Shown here: positions 11,088 to 20,077 of the stretch, one piece after another
How the letters are laid out: each line of letters begins with the position of its first letter
How positions within the stretch are numbered: the stretch's first letter is position 1
DNA from: Promethearchaeota archaeon
GTDB taxonomy: Archaea; Asgardarchaeota; Lokiarchaeia; Sigyniarchaeales; SOKP01
DNA length: 64,000 bases
Direction: 5' to 3'
NCBI GenBank assembly: GCA_019057795.1
Contig: JAHLWS010000038.1
Span: 40,734-104,733 of the forward strand
The notes under the pieces: generated by a model
What the model saw: the letters and a program-made list of their open reading frames with translations, nothing else
Told to the model about the DNA's origin: nothing
The model's database searches: none
Made by a program: the position numbers and the translations under genes

Positions 11088-11269
11088 TATTTTCTAAAAA
11101 TTTCTGCGACATCTTGTCCCTTTTTTGGACATATACATTAGACTGTATACTCTACAAATTCTATGAACAACAACCTTTCTCTGCTTATCATGATAATCGC
11201 TTCTTTTAATTAATATCTAAAAAAATATTTATTGTTTTTATACTAAATTGTTAATTCCTAAATAATTAG

Positions 11270-11395
11270 AGCCCAAATCAAATACCAGACATTCAAACCT
11301 GTTATTTTGGTACAAGATTCACAGAAAAAGAAATATTATATATCAAAAAAAATGCAAAAAAAAGAAGCCAGACAATTGGTGAATTAAATAATTAA
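11270..11395 (+). pseudogene. Ribbon-helix-helix (CopG/MobC-like) DNA-binding fragment
   Basis: Manual translation ...CYFGTRFTEKEILYIKKNAKKRSQTIGEL; no start codon. Confidence 0.4.
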
Positions 11396-11400
11396 TATAT

Positions 11401-12543
11401 CTAGAAAATGTTAAATAATTCAGAATATCTTCTAAGGTAATCAGGAAATTTATCGATTAAATCTTTCGTTTTGAATGCATTATTAGCACAATTTACAAAA
11501 TCTTGTTGCGATTCTAATAAATCATCTGGAAAAATACCTGAAATTTTAACTTTATTCAATCTAATTTCTCTTATTTGAGAGTAGTTGGTATTTAAAAATT
11601 CTTTCCATTTATCCAGAAAAGAATCCTCTTTAATAATAAATAGATTGATAATATCTTTAAACATGGAGTTTGCGACATCTGGTCTTTCTTTTATATTTAA
11701 TTCAGCATTTTTACATTTTGTTTTTAATTCTTCAGCATTTTTGAACCAGAGGATATATTCAAGAAATTTTTTTATATTAGTTAGTAAGTCAAGATCGTAA
11801 TAAAAGATATTTTGCAAATCTTGTTCTCTTTTGACAAGTCTCAGAATATCTCTAACTTGTTTTATTCTAGTGATTCTTTCTTGAAATCCCTCTACTGAAT
11901 CCTTTTTATGCTTCCAAAAATTCGTCCAACCCTTAATAAAATACTCTGTTATCTCTTTATTTTCAAGAAAAATAATTTCCTCTATTGGGATTCTTGAATA
12001 GAAATGAGATAATTTTCCAATAAATATTTTACGAGCTTGTTCTATGATCCTTGCCTTCCAACAATATTTCAAATTTTCAATTATTATATTATAAGGGACA
12101 TTAAATGGATTATGAAAAATAATTTCAAATGGACCATATGATCTACTAGCATCTGGAGGAGAAATTCTTGGTATATACAATCTTCTCGTTGTGTCCTTTA
12201 TTTTTGTATTAATATCTTCAATAATATTATGCGAAGGAAGGAGTATTTCTGTAGATTCAAGTGGAAAAAATATCAAGTCTTTATTAGGAAGGATATCACA
12301 ATCTTGACTAGCTAAAATGCCCCAGTGAGCATCTATGAACCCTTCCACTTGCATTTGACCTCCATTTTTTAATATTTTTGTTAAAATCTCGTCTTTTTCA
12401 TTTTGAAACTTATCTAGAATGTCTGGACTCGATCGAATTAAGGAGTCATACGTTAAATAAGGTAAATTGCAAAAAATATCTCCTTGCGAGATTAAAACTT
12501 CATTCTTAATCATATCCTTGTATTTATAAATTGTTTTTTCCAT
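11401..12543 (-). CDS. Hypothetical protein with N-terminal 'QGDI...SQDCD' domain (PemK/MazF-like fold suspected) and helical C-terminus
   Basis: SQGDIF and ILASQDCDI motifs; third gene of the operon. Confidence 0.5.
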   Translation of the reverse strand: MEKTIYKYKDMIKNEVLISQGDIFCNLPYLTYDSLIRSSPDILDKFQNEKDEILTKILKNGGQMQVEGFIDAHWGILASQDCDILPNKDLIFFPLESTEILLPSHNIIEDINTKIKDTTRRLYIPRISPPDASRSYGPFEIIFHNPFNVPYNIIIENLKYCWKARIIEQARKIFIGKLSHFYSRIPIEEIIFLENKEITEYFIKGWTNFWKHKKDSVEGFQERITRIKQVRDILRLVKREQDLQNIFYYDLDLLTNIKKFLEYILWFKNAEELKTKCKNAELNIKERPDVANSMFKDIINLFIIKEDSFLDKWKEFLNTNYSQIREIRLNKVKISGIFPDDLLESQQDFVNCANNAFKTKDLIDKFPDYLRRYSELFNIF

Positions 12544-12561
12544 GATTAAGATCCAATTATT

Positions 12562-13191
12562 TTATTTTAAATTCCTCAATCTTTCCTTTCTATTCTGAAT
12601 ACAATTAGAATACACTATTAAAGATCTTACGGAATGTTTCAATAATTTATTTTCTTTCTTGTTTGTAATCTTCTTAAAAATTTCATCCTTCCAAAATTCT
12701 TCATCAATGATTTCAACTAGATCATTATCTTTTGATAATTCATTACAAATGTAATAGAAGGTATCTGGAGAAAATTGATCTTCAGGTTCTAAACGTGAAT
12801 AGGCATCCGGATCATTCTTTTTTAATTCATATATAATAGAAAGGTAAAATAGCGTTATAGAATTTAAGAATTTCGAATTCTTAATCTTAGGATCCCCTAA
12901 GAGTCGAAGGTATGTGATGATTAATCGGTGAAAAATGAGTGGAATTATTTCAGAACTCTCTTTGCTAACTAGATTTTTAATTTTCATTTTAATTTCCTTT
13001 GTTTTATCTATAAATTCTATTAGTGGATCTTCTTCCGATTCTTCGGATTCTTCCTCACTTTCAGTAGATGTTGCATCATCGTAAAACCATTTTATAATAA
13101 TAGACGCATTATCGATAATCCAATCTTGAATTTCAAGTTCAAGCTTTTTTAAATCAGGTGATTGGAAACTTTCCTCAATCTTATAACTCAT
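12562..13191 (-). CDS. Hypothetical protein with acidic tract
   Basis: 209-aa ORF, DDATSTESEEESEESEED; 12-18 nt spacing from neighbours. Confidence 0.65.
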   Translation of the reverse strand: MSYKIEESFQSPDLKKLELEIQDWIIDNASIIIKWFYDDATSTESEEESEESEEDPLIEFIDKTKEIKMKIKNLVSKESSEIIPLIFHRLIITYLRLLGDPKIKNSKFLNSITLFYLSIIYELKKNDPDAYSRLEPEDQFSPDTFYYICNELSKDNDLVEIIDEEFWKDEIFKKITNKKENKLLKHSVRSLIVYSNCIQNRKERLRNLK

Positions 13192-13203
13192 TTCAAGCCC
13201 TTT

Positions 13204-13950
13204 TTAATAATCTTTTACTTCAAGTTCGAGAGCATCTCTATATTCATCTGTCAAAAAATTTATGAAGTAATCTTCAATTCTATCATGGCATTCATTTAAA
13301 TGACTTTCAAGAATTTCAGTATCGGGGCCTATACTAGTATTAGCTACACTTCCTACGGTCTCTAATCTAAAATTGTAGTTTACCTCATCGTGATTTTTGG
13401 GGATAGATTTGAATCTTATGACAATCTTTCTCTTTCCCGAGATAGGGTCATCTTCAAAAGGTACAAATCCTAAGATTGTGTCATAGAATTTTATTTCCCA
13501 CTCGTGTTTAAAGTTAAAATTCGGCATAGTAAAAAACTTATTATACAAAAACGCCTCCTTTGGAATAGTAAAAATATCTATATATGTTAATACTATTTTA
13601 CTAATCTTAGGAAGGTCTAAAATTTTACCTAGAGCATTTAGTACAGTCAATATTTTAGGCAATTCTCTAACCCATTCTTGATAGTCAGAAAAAGTAAATA
13701 AAAGATAGTCTTGCCCAAGTTCTACACGATTTCTTTTGTTTGTATCCCAGAAAGTAAGAGGAGCTATATTAATTTCTGTAAAGCGCTTTTTGAGTAATCC
13801 TAAGAGTGGTTTTGTAGGGTAATATGCTTGAATGGCTTCTGCAAAAGGATTTATTTTTTCAAGTTTTATTCCCGGAAGCAATCTTTCATAGGTTAAATTA
13901 ATTATGAAATTATCTAATGTTCTCTTTCCAAAATATACTATTCTCTTCAT
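13204..13950 (-). CDS. TIGR04255-family protein
   Basis: ~250 aa; F..YQEW, KIVLTYIDIF, LNECHDRIEDYFINFLTDE pattern typical of the family. Confidence 0.65.
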   Translation of the reverse strand: MKRIVYFGKRTLDNFIINLTYERLLPGIKLEKINPFAEAIQAYYPTKPLLGLLKKRFTEINIAPLTFWDTNKRNRVELGQDYLLFTFSDYQEWVRELPKILTVLNALGKILDLPKISKIVLTYIDIFTIPKEAFLYNKFFTMPNFNFKHEWEIKFYDTILGFVPFEDDPISGKRKIVIRFKSIPKNHDEVNYNFRLETVGSVANTSIGPDTEILESHLNECHDRIEDYFINFLTDEYRDALELEVKDY

Positions 13951-14085
13951 AATAAAAACTTAAAATTATTATTTTACTTTAATAGATCTTTATACTTTTT
14001 ATCAATAAATTTTTTATCATTAAAAATTTATACTTTTTTGAATATTCAATTATTCCTTTAGTAAGAAATTAACTTTGAAAATTAA

Positions 14086-14469
14086 AAATCAACTACTAAT
14101 AAACATCATCATTATTTCTATAAATTTTATTTCAGGGATAATAGACTCCCTCAACCAATTGAGAGTTATTTATCGTTTACAGAAAAAAATTTATCCAGAA
14201 CTTACCATAAAATTATGGAAGAAAAATCTATAAATAACCTAAATGAGAAGGAAATAAAATATCTAGTTAACCTTACTTATTACTAATAAGTCCGAATAGA
14301 ATATATGAGAACTAAAGCAATACAGATATTAAAGGATGCTACAGAAAAAGAGAAATCTAATTACTTGAAAGATCAAACAATTAAAGAATATAATGAATTT
14401 AAAGAGTTTGGCACGACTAAGCATCCAATCAGACTCCAAAAATTATTAATTGTTGTTGATGATGATTGA
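14086..14469 (+). pseudogene. DUF4238-like remnant
   Basis: Manual translation HYFYKF..QPIESYLSFTEKNLSRTYHKIMEEKSINNLNEKE..YY**VR; two in-frame TAA at 14284-14289; ends at the repeat. Confidence 0.5.
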
Positions 14470-14516
14470 ATTTAACGATTTTTAGCTAAGCAATTTTTTT
14501 TATTATCTCTAATTTT
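14466..14516 (+). repeat. 51-bp direct repeat, right copy (reads EFNDF*)
   Basis: 48/51 nt identical to 11037..11087. Confidence 0.9.
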
Positions 14517-14644
14517 AATATTATCAAAATAACTCTAGCATAACATTTAAATAGATAAATCCCTATATATATAACATAAGCATATCCTTTAAAATTAGAA
14601 AAGATGTTTGTATAACAATTACTTTTTGAAAAAGGTGGTATTGT

Positions 14645-15208
14645 ATGACAACTATTGCAGAAAAATTAATAAAAGAATTAAAAACAAAAGCTTTAACAAT
14701 TCTTCAATTAAGTGAAATAACAGGGATTGAAGAACCAAAAATAAGAACTACTATTAAAAGATTAAAAGATAGAGCCATAGTCCAAGAAACAGGTATGTTT
14801 TCAGAAAGATATAAAATATATAAACTTTCAGACAAATTGTTTAATGCATCTTTCATAATGAGAATTATAAAGAAGCTTGATGGTGTAAAAGCTGTCATTC
14901 TTATAAGTATTATTGATGGCGCACCAATAAGCAGTATACTTCCGGAAGGAGCTAATGAATCTCGTTATGCAGCAATGACTACTGCTCTATTTAGTCTAGC
15001 GCAAAGAGCATGCGTCGCAACTAATAAAGGAAAATTCAAATTTTCTTATATCGAAGGAGAAGATGGAAAACTTCTAATAATATATTACCATAAAGCGTTA
15101 GTTTTATCGATTTCATTCGATTCAACAATTAGCAATGAAATGATTTTTACATCCTATATTAGAATTATAGAATTAATCGGTAATCCTTTATCTGATTTAA
15201 TTCAATAG
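14645..15208 (+). CDS. Winged-HTH fused to roadblock/LC7 domain
   Basis: N-terminal LTILQLSEITGIEEPKIRTTIKRL; C-terminal GVKAVILISIIDGAPISS..YAAMTTALFSLA..IEGEDG. Confidence 0.8.
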   Translation: MTTIAEKLIKELKTKALTILQLSEITGIEEPKIRTTIKRLKDRAIVQETGMFSERYKIYKLSDKLFNASFIMRIIKKLDGVKAVILISIIDGAPISSILPEGANESRYAAMTTALFSLAQRACVATNKGKFKFSYIEGEDGKLLIIYYHKALVLSISFDSTISNEMIFTSYIRIIELIGNPLSDLIQ

Positions 15209-15240
15209 AGCTTTATTTAATAATTAAGCTGGTTCTCAAG

Positions 15241-15316
15241 TTCTGAATGGTTAACTAAATAGAAAAAAAAAGAGATTAAAGAGATATTTTCAGATTTTGA
15301 ATTTAAAGATTTTTAA
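15241..15316 (+). pseudogene. Displaced original 3' end of the activase gene
   Basis: From 15242 reads SEWLTK*KKKEIKEIFSDFEFKDF* versus intact SEWLDNKDKERIKSIFSDFEFKDF*; its stop overlaps the AOR stop. Confidence 0.85.
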
Positions 15317-17109
15317 ATTGGTTTACCTTGTGCATCCCACTTTCTAATTTGGTAATACTTTTCTAATAATCCTTCTAATGGAGGAATATTATGTTTAGTT
15401 CCACCTTTTTCAAGGGGTGAATAAAATCTCTTCCCAAAATTATCGTCTGCTTTAGTGATCCCACAATTTACATTAAAAATTCTTTTCATTCTAATGATCT
15501 TTTGTCCTACTTTCATGAAATCATCAACTGTATATGCTCTTCCAGTAATTCCATTAAGACCATTTATCCAAGGTGTGAGTTTGTGGATGAACCAGAATCC
15601 AAATATACATCCACCACAGGCAGAATACGCCTCACTGGCATCTTGAATCTTTATTACAGCTTTGGCAACATCATCCCCCGTTCCAAAACGATCTACTTGT
15701 TCGGTTAAACCGATTTCTTCTTTTTGATTCATATAGGAAGATAAATGCATTGGTTCATAACAATGATATGCACCTCGAGGTGTTGTTGCATAATCTAATG
15801 CCGTTAGATTATTTGCTCGTGGTTCATGAGCAGGAACCTCGAGTCCTTTTCCATGCATGGAGAGTTCTTCTGGTAATCCCTTTACTTCACAAAAAGATCT
15901 CACTCCTTCAGCTAAATCATTACCAATTCCTTCTCGATAAGCAATTTTAGTGAAAAGTTTTTCTATCGGTCCAATAGCACCCCAAATATTTTCCTCAGTA
16001 AATCCAAATTCATCTAAATTAACATCAATTAGCTTTCTTTCAATAGATTCAAGAAAACATCCTATCATTGCCCCAAGACTAATTGAGTCCAGACCAAGAT
16101 CGTTGACTATTAAATTCCATTTGATTAACGCTTCTAAGTCGTTAACTAATAAATTAGAACCTAGCATTCCTAGTGTTTCATATTCAGGGCGAGTTACCCA
16201 TTCTCCCTCATATTCCACGAACCCTCTGCAAGCCGTTGGACAATTAAAACAACCATGCATTTTAACTTCTCCTCTTGCATTTAATGCTTTTGCTCCAATT
16301 TTTTTAATCCCAGTCCATCTTCCTTGAGTATAGTTCTTAATAATAATATCTCCTACACTAGCCATGGAGTCTATGTGGACTGGTGTACCTGAATCTGCTA
16401 TTACCATTCCTAATCCGGATTTCTTTAATAATTCTCTAAGTTCTTTAGCTGCATCATTCACTTTATCTTTATCTTGAACGGGAACTTTCCCCGTACCAAG
16501 GACTGCAATAGCTTTTAAGTTCTTGCTACCCATTACAGCTCCCATACCGCAACGTCCAGCTGCGTGATGTTTATCATTGATTATACACGCATATTTGACT
16601 AAATTTTCTCCAGCAGGGCCAATAGTAGCTACTTTTATTTTATCGTTTCCAAGCAGATCTTTTATTTTTTCATCAGTTTCTTGAGTTCCTTTTCCCCACA
16701 ATTCAGAAGCGTCCTTTATTTCTACTACCCCGTCATTTATCCATAGATAAACCGGGCTTTGACTTTTACCCTTAATGATTACTAGATCAAAACCTGCAGA
16801 TTTAAGCTCCTTACCAAAAAAACCTCCTGAAGATGCTTCCCCGAGAATTTTAGTTAGCGGTGATTTTGCTGTAATAAAGTATCTACCACAGAAAGGAATA
16901 GCTGTGCCGCAAAATGGACCAACTGAGAAGATCAAAAGATTATTTCCATCAAACGGATCAATTTCGGGTTCTACTTCTCGTGTGAAGATCGCAGTTGCTA
17001 AACCCATTCCTCCGATTAATGACACTTCATCTTCATCACTGTAATCTTCATAGTCAATGTTTTTCGTTTCTAAATCTATTCTTAAAATTTTTGCGATTTT
17101 TATCACCAA
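15313..17109 (-). CDS. aor: Aldehyde:ferredoxin oxidoreductase (W/Mo-pterin)
   Basis: KSPLT, AGRCGMGAVMGSKNLKAI, CxxCxxxC, PEYET, LGLDSIS, GKGLE. Confidence 0.92.
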   Translation of the reverse strand: MVIKIAKILRIDLETKNIDYEDYSDEDEVSLIGGMGLATAIFTREVEPEIDPFDGNNLLIFSVGPFCGTAIPFCGRYFITAKSPLTKILGEASSGGFFGKELKSAGFDLVIIKGKSQSPVYLWINDGVVEIKDASELWGKGTQETDEKIKDLLGNDKIKVATIGPAGENLVKYACIINDKHHAAGRCGMGAVMGSKNLKAIAVLGTGKVPVQDKDKVNDAAKELRELLKKSGLGMVIADSGTPVHIDSMASVGDIIIKNYTQGRWTGIKKIGAKALNARGEVKMHGCFNCPTACRGFVEYEGEWVTRPEYETLGMLGSNLLVNDLEALIKWNLIVNDLGLDSISLGAMIGCFLESIERKLIDVNLDEFGFTEENIWGAIGPIEKLFTKIAYREGIGNDLAEGVRSFCEVKGLPEELSMHGKGLEVPAHEPRANNLTALDYATTPRGAYHCYEPMHLSSYMNQKEEIGLTEQVDRFGTGDDVAKAVIKIQDASEAYSACGGCIFGFWFIHKLTPWINGLNGITGRAYTVDDFMKVGQKIIRMKRIFNVNCGITKADDNFGKRFYSPLEKGGTKHNIPPLEGLLEKYYQIRKWDAQGKPI

Positions 17110-17258
17110 TTTTTACTTTAATTGTAATTAAATCTGTTTACATGTTATTTATAGGTTTTCTTCGTGATTATAATAAGTTCATAAATATTGGTCTACTGCA
17201 ATTTAAAGTTATGTAAATTATTACACTATATTAGAAAACTAATATTAAATCATGAAAA

Positions 17259-18362
17259 ATGAGTATAAGAAAAAATATTAAGTTAGTAGACCCAAATATG
17301 GCAAAAGTCTTCATTCCATGGGTATTAAGACATCCTTCTTATTTAATTACAACAAGAAAATTAATTAAATCCTTCAAAAATACAGTTGAATTATGTAAAA
17401 AAGCTAAAGAAGAAGGTTTAAAAGTTCCACCCTTTCTAATTCTGAGTATTACGAAACAATGTAATTTACATTGTGCAGGATGTTATGCTGCTACCGCTGG
17501 AACCTTGAGCATCAAAACTGAAAAGCAATTAAATACCGATGCTTGGAGAAAGATTATAAAGGAAGGAAATGAATTAGGAGTATTTTGCTATGTAATTGCT
17601 GGTGGAGAACCATTCATGTTTCCAAACCTACTCGATTTATGTAGCGAGTTCAAGGATAGAGGTTTTATAATTTTTACAAATGGAACGGCAATCAAAGAAA
17701 CTGATTATGAGAAATTGAAAAAATTAAAAAACATCGCGATCATCGTTAGCATTGAAGGAGGTAAAGAGGAGACTGATAGTAGAAGAGGAGCGGGGGTTTA
17801 TGAAAAGGTATTAAAAACTATTCATAGACTTAACAAAATTGGCACAATAAATGGTATATCAGTGACAATCAATGGAATGAATTATAAACAATGGATGGAA
17901 CCTTCTATGATTGACTTTCTTATTAAAAAAGGTGTAAGAATAGGATTCTTCTTAGAGTATATTCCCACCAAGCATGATATTACAGAATCTTTAATGTTGA
18001 CAGAAGAAGAAAGAACAGCATTCCGAAACCAAATATTAAATTATAGAGCGAATAAAAAAATTTATTTAATTCATTCACCCGGAGATGAAGAATATATGGG
18101 CGGATGTGTTTCAGCGGGAAGAGGTTTCGCCCATGTTACTCCATCTGGAGCTTTAACACCTTGCCCAGTTTCTAGTATGACTACGCATAATTTAACTAAA
18201 TCATCATTACGTGAAGGATTAGCTAGTGATTTTTTTAAATATATAAGGGAAAATGAACATTTATTGGAAACTGAAGGCTCTCCTTGTGCACTTTTTAGCC
18301 ATCAGGAAGAATTGGCCTTAATTGCTTCTAAATTTAAAGTAAGTAAGGTAAGTACATTATAG
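17259..18362 (+). CDS. Radical SAM protein (SPASM/twitch-type)
   Basis: CNLHCAGC, GGEP, GCVSAGRG..PC. Confidence 0.9.
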   Translation: MSIRKNIKLVDPNMAKVFIPWVLRHPSYLITTRKLIKSFKNTVELCKKAKEEGLKVPPFLILSITKQCNLHCAGCYAATAGTLSIKTEKQLNTDAWRKIIKEGNELGVFCYVIAGGEPFMFPNLLDLCSEFKDRGFIIFTNGTAIKETDYEKLKKLKNIAIIVSIEGGKEETDSRRGAGVYEKVLKTIHRLNKIGTINGISVTINGMNYKQWMEPSMIDFLIKKGVRIGFFLEYIPTKHDITESLMLTEEERTAFRNQILNYRANKKIYLIHSPGDEEYMGGCVSAGRGFAHVTPSGALTPCPVSSMTTHNLTKSSLREGLASDFFKYIRENEHLLETEGSPCALFSHQEELALIASKFKVSKVSTL

Positions 18363-18408
18363 TTTTTTATATAATACTACTTTTTTTAAATAAAATGGTT
18401 TTGTAATC

Positions 18409-19374
18409 ATGGTTAATAATTTTAATTTTTCTGTACTTGATGGCCATATCGATACAATTAAAAAAAGCTCAAGAGACAAACTTGACTTTTCAATCCGTTC
18501 TGAAATTGGTCATTATGATTTACCTCGTATGGAAGAAGGAAATGTACAAGCTGCAATTTTTGCAATCTATCCCGCTTCGTCGATAAACCGCATTCTTAAA
18601 GGTCTTGACTTATGGTTTAAATTTGTCTTTAATCCAATTAATAAATTAATGCAAATAAAAAGAATAGATGATTTCACAAAAATGCAAACATTGGGTAAAA
18701 GGGGAGCGATCCTACACTTTGAGGGTGCTGGAGGGATTGATAAAACTTTTCGCCTTTTAAGGATTGCATATCGTCTTGGGTTGCGAACAATGGGTTTAAG
18801 CTGGTCAAATTTTAATAAATTTGCTACGGGAGTGATGTTTAACGACCCTCAAAAAGAATCTGGTCTAACTAAAGAAGGAATAAAATTAGTTGCTGAAGCA
18901 CAGGCTCTTGGTATCGCCATAGATGTTTCTCATTTAAACGAACCTTCTTTTTGGGATGTTTATGAAATCACTGAAAAACCGATTTTTGCCTCACATTCAA
19001 ATGCTCGTGCTATTGTTAATCATCCAAGGAATTTAACTGATGAGCAAATAAAAGCAATTCATGAAAAGCATGGAACCATAGGGATTAATTTTGCAATGGG
19101 TTTTCTAAATGCTAAAGAACCAGGTATGTATAATTATAACCTAAATTTTGATTCAATTAAAAAACATATTGACCATCTCGTTGAAATTGCTAGTATCGAT
19201 ATAGTAGCTATAGGTTCAGATTTTGATGGTGCAGCTACACCAACTTGTGTTAAAGATTGCTCTAGGTTTCCCAGATTATGGGATTATCTTCTTGAAAATG
19301 GGTATAGTGAACATGATATTGAAAAGATCTCACATACAAATTTATTACAAGTTTTTAAAAAAACATGGAAATAG
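18409..19374 (+). CDS. Membrane dipeptidase (peptidase M19)
   Basis: DGHID, DVSH, ASHSNA, HPRNL, GSDFDG. Confidence 0.92.
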   Translation: MVNNFNFSVLDGHIDTIKKSSRDKLDFSIRSEIGHYDLPRMEEGNVQAAIFAIYPASSINRILKGLDLWFKFVFNPINKLMQIKRIDDFTKMQTLGKRGAILHFEGAGGIDKTFRLLRIAYRLGLRTMGLSWSNFNKFATGVMFNDPQKESGLTKEGIKLVAEAQALGIAIDVSHLNEPSFWDVYEITEKPIFASHSNARAIVNHPRNLTDEQIKAIHEKHGTIGINFAMGFLNAKEPGMYNYNLNFDSIKKHIDHLVEIASIDIVAIGSDFDGAATPTCVKDCSRFPRLWDYLLENGYSEHDIEKISHTNLLQVFKKTWK

Positions 19375-19420
19375 GTTTTTTTTTATTAAAGAAAAAAAAA
19401 AGATTTGTTTATTTTTGAAT

Positions 19421-19747
19421 TTATTCTGGTGGCTTGAGCCCTAGAATATCCATTGCTTCGACAATTGAAGACATAACTTCGACCTGATATTTATAGCCCT
19501 CAATACCATTTGCGATAAAAAGTAGGGTTTTATTTAGTTGGGCAATAAATGCATTAAGTTTCCCTTCTTTAATTTCAGACGCGCTTACTACTTTGTATCC
19601 TTCTTTGGTTGCAGCGACAGCATTATTTAGGAGGTCTTTAGAAAGAGACCTATCTCCTGGAAATTTTTTCGAAGCTTCAATGAACAGTTTCCCTGCCTCA
19701 GAGGCTTTAGCATGGGGGATCCATACTGTAGTCATAACTATTACCAT
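19421..19747 (-). CDS. Small conserved-looking hypothetical protein
   Basis: 108-aa ORF with upstream AGGTGA SD-like site. Confidence 0.7.
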   Translation of the reverse strand: MVIVMTTVWIPHAKASEAGKLFIEASKKFPGDRSLSKDLLNNAVAATKEGYKVVSASEIKEGKLNAFIAQLNKTLLFIANGIEGYKYQVEVMSSIVEAMDILGLKPPE

Positions 19748-20077
19748 CTATATCACCTTAAATAAATAATATTTTATTAAATTCGCATCATTTTTTGACA
19801 AAAACGACAATTTTATTATATTAATCATATATATAAAAATATTACTGAGATTTCAGTAAAATTTTAGAAAAAATGATGAAACATTGTTAGTCTCTGTATC
19901 TCAATACAAAGTCGCTCCATATTTTTTAAGAGTTTAGAGCAAAGGGTGGCATTTTTGATACAGAAATATAAAAACAAACCAGAATTCGAATAGTTATTTT
20001 TAATTAATCTCAAATGGGACCTTTGCTGGTGATGCATCTAAATTTAAAGTCCGAAAATTGAATTCAATTTAGTCTTT

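Larger units (their letters stand above)
11057..15316. mobile_element. Composite integrase-less island of two nested insertions in the activase 3' end
   Basis: Bounded by duplicated activase 3' ends; contains accessory genes and gene remnants. Confidence 0.7.
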
